Source: an uncultured Gammaproteobacteria bacterium (lineage in GTDB: Bacteria; Patescibacteriota; Patescibacteriia; UBA11705; DATKZF01). From it: DNA of 64,000 bases. Positions 56,655-64,000 of this stretch are shown in pieces. Under the pieces are notes generated by a model. It was given only the letters and a program-made list of their open reading frames with translations, searched no databases and was not told where the DNA came from. Where the stretch lies: positions 7,331 through 71,330 of the forward strand of contig CAYPKD010000001.1 of the NCBI GenBank assembly GCA_964411255.1, read 5' to 3'. The stretch's first letter is position 1; each line of letters begins with the position of its first letter. The position numbers were made by a program, and so were the translations under genes.

Positions 56655-57914
56655 TTAATCCTTAGTCCGCGTTATTTTGGCTCCTAACTTTCGAAGCCGC
56701 TGCTCAACTTTTGAATAACCGCGGTCAATTTGATAAATATTATCGATTTCAGTTTTTCCTTCAGCAATTAAGGCCGCAATTATTAATGCAAATCCTGCTC
56801 GTAAATCCGGGCTGGCTAACTTTCTGCCATATAATTTTTGTGGGCCACTGACAATTACTCTGTACGGATCACACATGATAATATTTGCGCCCATTTGATT
56901 TAATAAATCAGTATAAAATAATCTGCCCTCAAATACAGTTTCATGAACCAGGCTCAGTCCTTTTGCCTGAGTTAATAAAACCGTAAATGGCGGCTGAATA
57001 TCTGTGGCAAACCCAGGGTATTCATGAGTTTGAATATTTGCGGATTTTAAATTATTATCTCCCCAGACTGTAACCGAGTCAGCTCCCAGTTTATATTTAA
57101 CACCCATTTTATCAAATATGACCCAGAGCGATTCTAAATGTTCAGGCATACAATTGGTTACTTTGATTTTGCCTCCTGCTAATGCTCCCAGAATGGCAAA
57201 ACTGCCAGCTTCAATTCTGTCAGGAATTACTTTATACGTATCACCGCCGAGACATTCCACTCCTTCAATAACAATGGTCGGCGTACCTGCACCACAAATT
57301 TTTGCACCACAGCCATTTAAAAATTCTGCCAAAGCATATATTTCAGGTTCACAAGCAGCATTTTTAATCACAGTCGTTCCTTCTGCTAAAGTAGCGGTCA
57401 TCATCATTGCTTCAGTTACAGTAACAGAAATCTTTGGTAATACTATTTTTGCTCCGCGCAGCCTTCCTTTTGTTTTAAATTCATAAAATCCTTTTGTTTC
57501 TGAAAACTGAGCTCCAAATTTTTTAAATCCGTCTATAAATAAATCTATTGGCCTCTTACCAATGGCGCATCCTCCTGGATGAGGCATTTTAATATGGCCC
57601 CGGCGAACAAGCATTGGACCAATCAATAAAACTGATACTCTGATTTTTCGAACCAAATCAGGATCTAATCTATATTTGCTAACTTCTTTTGTCTGAAGGG
57701 AAATGGTTGAACCTTTTTTCTTTACCCGGGTGCCTGCTGAATCAACCAATTCTAAAAGACGTGAAATTTCTTCAATCTCAGGGGCATTTTCAATAATCAC
57801 CTCTTCATCAGTAAGCAAAGAAGCGGCAATTGCCTTTAGAGCTGCATTTTTAGCGCCGTTTACTTTAATTTCACCATTTAATTTGTATCCGCCTTGTATT
57901 GAAAACTTTGACAT
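56655..57914 (-). CDS. murA: UDP-N-acetylglucosamine 1-carboxyvinyltransferase
   Basis: GAKNAAL, PGGCAIGKRP, PDRIEAG, YPGFATD, DLRAG, IDRGY. Confidence 0.98.
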   Translation of the reverse strand: MSKFSIQGGYKLNGEIKVNGAKNAALKAIAASLLTDEEVIIENAPEIEEISRLLELVDSAGTRVKKKGSTISLQTKEVSKYRLDPDLVRKIRVSVLLIGPMLVRRGHIKMPHPGGCAIGKRPIDLFIDGFKKFGAQFSETKGFYEFKTKGRLRGAKIVLPKISVTVTEAMMMTATLAEGTTVIKNAACEPEIYALAEFLNGCGAKICGAGTPTIVIEGVECLGGDTYKVIPDRIEAGSFAILGALAGGKIKVTNCMPEHLESLWVIFDKMGVKYKLGADSVTVWGDNNLKSANIQTHEYPGFATDIQPPFTVLLTQAKGLSLVHETVFEGRLFYTDLLNQMGANIIMCDPYRVIVSGPQKLYGRKLASPDLRAGFALIIAALIAEGKTEIDNIYQIDRGYSKVEQRLRKLGAKITRTKD

Positions 57915-57963
57915 AAAAAATTGCATAATATGTAAACATTATGGCATAAATTTTAAAAAAAAT

Positions 57964-57990
57964 AAAGAGGGCCTAAACAGCCCTCTTTTT
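57964..57990 (-). terminator. Intrinsic terminator after 58000..61407
   Basis: AAAGAGGGC-ctaaaca-GCCCTCTTT. Confidence 0.65.
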
Positions 57991-57999
57991 ATATAAATC

Positions 58000-60900
58000 T
58001 TACAATTCTGCAAAATAATCTTCACTTCTTTCAACAGTACTCCCAATACCAAACTTTTTAGCATATACTGAAGTTATCCCATCAGCTTTATTATCTGCAT
58101 ATTCTTTTAATGTCATATCAGTTCTGACAATGCCAACTTTTACTGTTTTTGATGGGTCATCTAAATAATCAACTTTTGCACGAAGCATGCCTTGCATATT
58201 GGCAACCCGCCTGTTCATAGCATCTTCAAATTTTGCCCAGCCAGCTGTGCCTTTATATCTAGATCTATATTCTGCTAAATTTTCTTTTAACTCTGCGATC
58301 GCTCCTCTCTCAGCCTTCATGTCTCTTAAAAAAGCTGCCCGTTGCTCAGGCGTATATTTATCTAAAAATTTTACTCCGCCCTGTTCAATAACTTTACCGC
58401 TTGGAACAGGCGCAGCTTCAGCCACTTCTTCTGCTGGTGCTGTTGGTTCTAATCCTTCAGCGGCTGCTGCTTCAGCAGCTTCCCTAGCTGCTTTGGCTGC
58501 AGCAATCTTTTCATCTAAACCTGGTGGCGGTACTGTTTGTGATTCAGCACCAGTAAACCATCTTGTAAGCTGGCCTTGCATTTCCTCATCAAAGGTTTTC
58601 GGACCTTTTTCAGAAAATGCCCATTCTAATTGTTTTAGCATTTCCTCATCAAAAGTTTTTGGACCCTTTTCTGAAAATGCCCATTCTAGCTGTTTTAGCA
58701 CTTCTTCATCAAAAGTTTTTGGACCCTTTTCTGAAAATGCCCACTCAAGCTGCTTATACATGGTTGCCCGAAGTTTTTCTTCTGGGGTCATTGGCAAATG
58801 ACGAGGGACAATCTCTTTTGGCCCAAATTTATCCTGATAATCTTCCAGGGATAAAGCTACTCCTTTTGGAGTTAATCTTTGTACTTCAACATGTAATGCG
58901 CCATCATCTGCTCTGACAACGCTTATTTGATCACCTGGTTTTACAGTATACGCCCCTTCCCAAACATCCTTGCTCGTATCATATCCCAGCTCTTTTAATT
59001 TTTCTAATCTCCATGCACGAACTGCTTTAGCATCTCCGATTTCTGATTTTAAACTTGGATTTTCTTCTAATATTCTATTAATTCCTTTAATCATTCCCTC
59101 ACCTTTCTGCAAAGATGTTACTCCTTCAGCTGATGGTGATAATTCCAATCGAGGTAAAGGCTCAGCAAATTCTTCAGGCATTTCTACTTCTGGTCCAATT
59201 TCTGTGGAAGCTGATGTTACTGGCGGCATTTTAGCTTCTGCGCTAGCAATCCTGGCCATAGAATCTTGTTCTATTCCAAGCGTTTGTAATTTTTTTCCAG
59301 TAATACCTGCATCAGCTGGTTCTCCAATAAAGCCTGTTTCTTTTAGAAGCCACCTTACTCCGCCGCTACCCACAAAAGAACCAATTCCAGCAGCCACTAC
59401 TTTCATTACTCTATCATTTTTCTTTGCTTTTTTTCTTCTCTTCTCAATCTCATCTAAATCGCCTTTGGCCATTTCTAATAATTTTGCATTTACTGCCAAA
59501 GCTTTATCTGCCAGATCTTTTTGCTCCATTTGTTCTTGAGATTCTCTCATTATTGCCTCGGCTTTATTATTAGCCAAATTTTGAATATTTTCATTTTCTT
59601 TTATTAAAGCAATAAGCTTTTTCTCATACTCTGGTTTTAGCCCAATACCTTCTTTTGTTTTAGAAAGCGCATCCATTGGATTAACAAACAAATTATTCTT
59701 TTCTTGAAATTGAATTATAATATCATCAACATCTGTCTGATCTCCAATCTCTTTGCTTAATTGGTCAATTTCTAGTGAAAGTCTTTCAGCATGATTTCTA
59801 ATTAGATTTTTTTCTTTTTTTGTTTTTGCTTTTTTATATGCTTGTTTTTCACCTTTAAATGCTACTAATAATTTCAATTCTCTAACTACAAGTTCTTGAA
59901 TATATTCCTGATGTTCTCTAAAAACTTCTTCTTTTGTTTTTTCATACATTTCACTTTCAGGTTCTTCACCTTCTCTTTTTGCCAGTTCAACAACATTTAA
60001 ATTTTCATTCAATCGTCTGCCATATTCTCTTTTTAAAACTTTATATGCTGGGATTTCAGATGGTTTTTTTCCATTCATTGGCCCGACCGCTTCAAAATAT
60101 TCCAGCCGCTTTCTCAAATCTTCATCTGACATTTCTCGCGCCTCATTTGATTTAACTTCTTTGCCCAATTTTTTATTAGCTATCATTTTCATTAAATCAT
60201 AAGAACCGATTCCAGCGCCCAGTCCACCCATTGCCCTGCGGGCCACAAACATGCCAGCAGCTGTTCCTGCTGCGCCAACTGCTGCTAATGCAGAACCACC
60301 AGCAACAAGGCCAGCGCCAATTAATGTTCGCACACTGGCTGCCCTGGCAATCATTTTTCCTATCTTACTTTTTGGCTTTATTCCAAGTTTAGTTAAATTC
60401 CAGTCTCCAAGCTTTTTATAAGCGTCATATATTTTCCTGCCAAATCCTCGTTCTTTTTGAAAAGCATCAGCCTGAGCATCTGCCAGTTTCATACTTTCCT
60501 CTAAATGCCTTTCAACCTTTCCGGCTACAAATTCAGCCCTGGCTTCTAAATATTTATCTTTTGAATATTCTACTTCAGCTTCTGCATCTACTGCAGCAAC
60601 TTTATTTTTCAAACGCCTTAATGCACCCCGAATACCTTCATATTTTTTTAATTTTGCCTTGGCTGCAGAAAACTTTTCGCGCGCCTTATCTAATACTGAT
60701 TTTTTTTCTAAATCTTCTGCGCTTAAAATTTCCTCAACTTCTTCTTTAAATTCTGCTTCTGCTTTTTCTGCCTTACCGACTAATTCTTTTTCTTCTTCCT
60801 CAAGTTCATCTGCTGCTTTTTCCCATCCCTTTTTACCTCGAAGACTGGCAAATCTATTCTTCATTGAAGACAAAAACCCTTTCTTTTTCTTAGCAATTGT

Positions 60901-61407
60901 TTCCTCCATTTCTTCAGCCACATCTTCTGCTGCTCTTTTTTCCAAAACAGCTTCTTTTTCAATCATTGTCTTATCAAGCTCTATCCCTTTTTCCTTGGCT
61001 GCTTCTAATATTTTTTTTCTGAGATTTTTTTCTGTTTGTTCAATTAATTTTGCTACTTCTGGATCCTCTTTATCAATTTCTTGTACAGGTTTCTTTTTCC
61101 GCTGAGCCTCTTTACCAAGCTTCATTATTAAATTTTCTTCTTCCTTTCTGATTAATCTTTCCAAATCGCTTTCTTCAATAACATCCTTTTTACCCTCTTT
61201 TTTATTTTTTAATGATGCTGCCATTATTTGTCTTTGAAGCTTTGCAGTATCAGCTTTTATCATTTCAGATATTTCTGCAATTTGCGGCTCAGCAGCTGTT
61301 TCTTCCATTTCTTCAGCTGCTTTCTTTTCCAAAGCAGCTTCCTTTTCGCTTTGCTCCTCCTCTTCTATTTTTCTAACCATCTTTTCAAATTTTTTTGATC
61401 CTGGCAT
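58000..61407 (-). CDS. Large coiled-coil protein with Gly/Ala-rich hydrophobic hairpin and internal repeats
   Basis: 1135 aa E/K-rich; GAGLVAGGSALAAVGAAGTAAG..GGLGAGIG segment; 3x 20-aa repeat. Confidence 0.78.
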   Translation of the reverse strand: MPGSKKFEKMVRKIEEEEQSEKEAALEKKAAEEMEETAAEPQIAEISEMIKADTAKLQRQIMAASLKNKKEGKKDVIEESDLERLIRKEEENLIMKLGKEAQRKKKPVQEIDKEDPEVAKLIEQTEKNLRKKILEAAKEKGIELDKTMIEKEAVLEKRAAEDVAEEMEETIAKKKKGFLSSMKNRFASLRGKKGWEKAADELEEEEKELVGKAEKAEAEFKEEVEEILSAEDLEKKSVLDKAREKFSAAKAKLKKYEGIRGALRRLKNKVAAVDAEAEVEYSKDKYLEARAEFVAGKVERHLEESMKLADAQADAFQKERGFGRKIYDAYKKLGDWNLTKLGIKPKSKIGKMIARAASVRTLIGAGLVAGGSALAAVGAAGTAAGMFVARRAMGGLGAGIGSYDLMKMIANKKLGKEVKSNEAREMSDEDLRKRLEYFEAVGPMNGKKPSEIPAYKVLKREYGRRLNENLNVVELAKREGEEPESEMYEKTKEEVFREHQEYIQELVVRELKLLVAFKGEKQAYKKAKTKKEKNLIRNHAERLSLEIDQLSKEIGDQTDVDDIIIQFQEKNNLFVNPMDALSKTKEGIGLKPEYEKKLIALIKENENIQNLANNKAEAIMRESQEQMEQKDLADKALAVNAKLLEMAKGDLDEIEKRRKKAKKNDRVMKVVAAGIGSFVGSGGVRWLLKETGFIGEPADAGITGKKLQTLGIEQDSMARIASAEAKMPPVTSASTEIGPEVEMPEEFAEPLPRLELSPSAEGVTSLQKGEGMIKGINRILEENPSLKSEIGDAKAVRAWRLEKLKELGYDTSKDVWEGAYTVKPGDQISVVRADDGALHVEVQRLTPKGVALSLEDYQDKFGPKEIVPRHLPMTPEEKLRATMYKQLEWAFSEKGPKTFDEEVLKQLEWAFSEKGPKTFDEEMLKQLEWAFSEKGPKTFDEEMQGQLTRWFTGAESQTVPPPGLDEKIAAAKAAREAAEAAAAEGLEPTAPAEEVAEAAPVPSGKVIEQGGVKFLDKYTPEQRAAFLRDMKAERGAIAELKENLAEYRSRYKGTAGWAKFEDAMNRRVANMQGMLRAKVDYLDDPSKTVKVGIVRTDMTLKEYADNKADGITSVYAKKFGIGSTVERSEDYFAEL
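58578..58755. repeat. In-frame 60-bp tandem repeat x3
   Basis: Encodes (KQLEWAFSEKGPKTFDEE[VM]x)x3. Confidence 0.92.
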
Positions 61408-61444
61408 ATTTTTAGTTTATTTTTAATAAAAGTCTATCGAAAAT

Positions 61445-61621
61445 TTAATCTTCGATTTTTTCAATTTTTTCTACCAATTCTTTTATTTCCCTTTTTTCAA
61501 ACTCATCAATAAATTCATTTATAAATTCATGTTCCTCCTCTTTTAATTCACTAAGTTTTTTTTCAAACTCTGAAAAAGCCTCTTTTAGCTTCTGAATTTT
61601 TTCTTTTGTTTGATCTGTCAT
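61445..61621 (-). CDS. Small coiled-coil hypothetical protein
   Basis: MTDQTKEKIQKLKEAF..., in an apparent operon with its neighbours. Confidence 0.65.
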   Translation of the reverse strand: MTDQTKEKIQKLKEAFSEFEKKLSELKEEEHEFINEFIDEFEKREIKELVEKIEKIED

Positions 61622-61625
61622 ATGA

Positions 61626-61925
61626 TTACTCCTTTGGTACAGCATCAAATAATTCTTTTTTTACTTCTAAAACAACTTCCTGGGTAATTTTTTCCAGATT
61701 TGGCACTTTATCTGCCATAAAATTCGCCAGCGATTCTGAATCCTTTTCAATTTCCAGCATTTTATCCTTGTCTTCGTCTTTTAGCTCATCCATCACCCGC
61801 AGCATAATGCGTCTTTGAATCAAATCACTTGTTTGATCCAAAATGGCAGCCTTTCTGTCATCAGGCAAGGCTTCTAAACCTAATAATTGAATAATGTTTG
61901 CATTTAATAATTCTTTTTTTGTCAT
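61626..61925 (-). CDS. Conserved small helical protein (CPR-type, DUF5663-like)
   Basis: NIIQLLGLEALP...RIMLRVMDEL...KVPNLEKITQEV. Confidence 0.75.
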   Translation of the reverse strand: MTKKELLNANIIQLLGLEALPDDRKAAILDQTSDLIQRRIMLRVMDELKDEDKDKMLEIEKDSESLANFMADKVPNLEKITQEVVLEVKKELFDAVPKE

Positions 61926-62058
61926 AATTGATTTTTTTAGGTATTAAGTATAAGATAATGATCTATATAAAATTTACCATATTTAGCATATCCTAGCAAT
62001 TTTTATGTGGATTTTTTTTCAAAAATCAGATAAAATATTAGATATTAGAATAAAAAAT

Positions 62059-63402
62059 ATGAAGCTTAAAACCAGAAGAATAATTGCATTAACGTTTATA
62101 ATCGCTTTTCTCATTACTGCGCCAATTTTAATTTTATATACAGCAGGCTATCGATATAATTTTAAAAAAAATGAACTGAAAAAAACCGGTGCTTTGTTTT
62201 TAGAAACAGAACCAAAAGGGGCAGACGTTTATCTCAATGATATACAAAGAAAAGAAACAACGCCAGCTCATATAACAAATGTTTTTCCAAATACTTACAA
62301 AATAAGGCTGGAAAAACAAGGATATTATAATTGGGAAAAAGAATTAGAAATAAAGGCATCTCAAACCACTTTTTCTGAAGACATTATTCTTTTTAAAAAT
62401 TCTTCGCCAATATCTATTGAAACAGGAGAAGAAGTATTGGAGCTTTATCAAACTGACGACTGCATTATGGCAGTCTTTACAGAAAAAGTACGCTCACAAA
62501 ATGATATATCATTTAATTGTCTCGACGATGATAATAAATTTGAAATTATTTCAACTAATAAACGCGATACGGATATTTTATCCTGGAGCCCGTCAAAAAA
62601 TAAATTTTTAATTATAAACGGAGATAAATCCGGATATCAAATCCTTTCTTCAAACAATACTTATAGTCAAACTTTAAATCTGCCTTTAACCACCAACAGA
62701 ATAAAATGGGATTTAAAAAATGAACATCTCATTTATTATTCGATAGACAACCAAATCTGGCAGATCAATTTATTAGGCAGCCAGCCAGTATATTCTTTGG
62801 TTCATGATTTTGGTAATCAGCAAATCATGAATTTTAGAACTGCTGGAGATAAATTATATTTTATTAGTTCTGGCGCAAATGGGAATTTTTTAAACTTATC
62901 TGATATTAAAAAACCTGATGCGAATATTAAATCGATTGAATTGCCCTCTGCAAATTTTGTCATTGATTCCTTAATTGATGGGCATCTGATTTTATTAGAT
63001 AATAAAAAATCAAATATTTATATTTTGACTGAAAATTTAAGCCAAACAAAGATAAAGCAAGATGGCGGCAGTAAATATTCTTATTTAGAAGAACAGAAAT
63101 TATTAATTATCTACAATGATTATGAAATTTTCATGTTTGACCTAAAAGAGGAAGTACCGCAATCAAATTTGATAATTCGTTATAGCACAACAATAAATAA
63201 AGTCGACTGGTTTAATGACAATTATCTGATAGCTCTTCATGACGGCAAAATTAAAGTCATTGAACTTGATAATAGAGAAAATCATAATATTTGGGAATTA
63301 GACAGCGGAAATGAAACTGTCTATAATTTCATATTAGATAAATCAAAAGAAAATATTTACTATTTATCAAAAAATAAATTGTGGGAATTAAATATACAAT
63401 AA
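62059..63402 (+). CDS. PEGA domain protein with beta-propeller-like C-terminus
   Basis: TM, then TGAL.LETEPKGADVYL...YKIRLEKQGYYNWEK; SWSP motif. Confidence 0.85.
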   Translation: MKLKTRRIIALTFIIAFLITAPILILYTAGYRYNFKKNELKKTGALFLETEPKGADVYLNDIQRKETTPAHITNVFPNTYKIRLEKQGYYNWEKELEIKASQTTFSEDIILFKNSSPISIETGEEVLELYQTDDCIMAVFTEKVRSQNDISFNCLDDDNKFEIISTNKRDTDILSWSPSKNKFLIINGDKSGYQILSSNNTYSQTLNLPLTTNRIKWDLKNEHLIYYSIDNQIWQINLLGSQPVYSLVHDFGNQQIMNFRTAGDKLYFISSGANGNFLNLSDIKKPDANIKSIELPSANFVIDSLIDGHLILLDNKKSNIYILTENLSQTKIKQDGGSKYSYLEEQKLLIIYNDYEIFMFDLKEEVPQSNLIIRYSTTINKVDWFNDNYLIALHDGKIKVIELDNRENHNIWELDSGNETVYNFILDKSKENIYYLSKNKLWELNIQ

Positions 63403-63412
63403 CTAATAGATC

Positions 63413-63441
63413 AAAAATCACCAGTGCTGCTGGTGATTTTT
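63413..63441 (+). terminator. Intrinsic terminator
   Basis: AAAAATCACCAG-tgctg-CTGGTGATTTTT. Confidence 0.75.
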
Positions 63442-63511
63442 ATATTATCCGGTGCTTAACGAAAAACAATACAGTTTTTTTTCTAGTAATATCAATGCAT
63501 TTTTCGCTTAT

Positions 63512-63700
63512 AGCAGCGGGGGTCTGGGGGGCTGATTGCTCCCTGCGCGATATTTGAACTCTATCGTCACTTCGCATTTGAAGCCCCCCAGCAGTTTTTG
63601 GTTACTTTTTGGTGGCAAAAAGTAACTTGGCGCAAGCCCAGAACCGTATGGTTCTGGGCAAGCCAACATTGGAAAGGGCAAAGCAGGCATAGGCCTGTAT
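63512..63700. repeat. GC-rich structured REP-like intergenic element
   Basis: GGGGGGC..GCCCCCC, GTTACTTTTTG-gtgg-CAAAAAGTAAC, GCCCAGAACC-gtat-GGTTCTGGGC hairpins. Confidence 0.6.
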
Positions 63701-63786
63701 AGCAAAAGATCTTATTTAATTTTAAAAAATATCCATGATAAAAAAGAAGCCTACTAACTGGCTCTTTTTTATCTAATTTGATATTT

Positions 63787-64000
63787 TTATGATAAAACCT
63801 TTTTCCCCCGAAGTTCAAGATAAGTCAGCACGCCAATTGAATATAAAAAAGTATTTAATAATCCTCGGTAAAAAAGCATAAATATAAATACCACCACTGC
63901 ACCTAAAATAGCAGTTATCAATGCTCCAATTGCACCCAACCACATTGAAAATAAAATTCCAATAAGTACAAATGGTAACATCAATATAATCATTGCAACC
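63787..64000 (-). CDS. Membrane protein, C-terminal part (start outside the window)
   Basis: Hydrophobic reading frame open to the window edge. Confidence 0.65.
   Translation of the reverse strand, partial: VAMIILMLPFVLIGILFSMWLGAIGALITAILGAVVVFIFMLFYRGLLNTFLYSIGVLTYLELRGKKVLS

Noticed and set aside
58578-58755. 60-bp periodic repeat as a CRISPR array
   Set aside because: Contiguous in-frame coding repeats with synonymous variation and no unique spacers.
605-62611. Numerous short antisense or overlapping ORFs in the track (e.g. 58187..58801, 58970..59539, 41819..42004, 1727..1933)
   Set aside because: Shadow frames of well-supported genes or tRNAs, with no independent coding signal.
63508-63818. 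ORFs 63508..63705 and 63567..63818, or SRP/RNase P RNA
   Set aside because: The ORFs run through palindromic repeat sequence without RBS or protein-like character; no diagnostic SRP or RNase P motifs were recognised.

Overview
AT-rich bacterial chromosome segment. Gene content and style (housekeeping genes mostly lacking Shine-Dalgarno sites, large orphan secreted or coiled-coil proteins) point to Patescibacteria/CPR (Parcubacteria-like); this is an inference. The backbone carries pheT (partial), pheS, ricT/PSP1, tsf, rpsB, pgi, tpiA, a MacAB-like ABC exporter, thiI, ddl, pyrG, rplI, an S41 protease, murA, tRNA-Tyr and tRNA-Gln. Main finding: a ~12 kb integrative element (13852-25893) inserted in the anticodon loop of the host tRNA-Thr(GGT). 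It duplicates only 7 bp (TTACCAT), leaves the host tRNA in two halves, and carries its own complete, sequence-divergent tRNA-Thr(GGT). It has a tyrosine recombinase at each end and a Type I R-M plus nuclease cargo. Other observations: two dispersed paralogs with hypervariable C-termini typical of DGR targets (no RT or template repeat in the window); several families of intergenic 'array then inverted array' 7-9 bp repeats; a repeat-bounded array of tiny membrane-protein genes; a degenerate OMP-decarboxylase homolog; and a 1.5k-aa Cys-rich HExxH surface protein. All calls come from reading the sequence by eye; no database searches were run.
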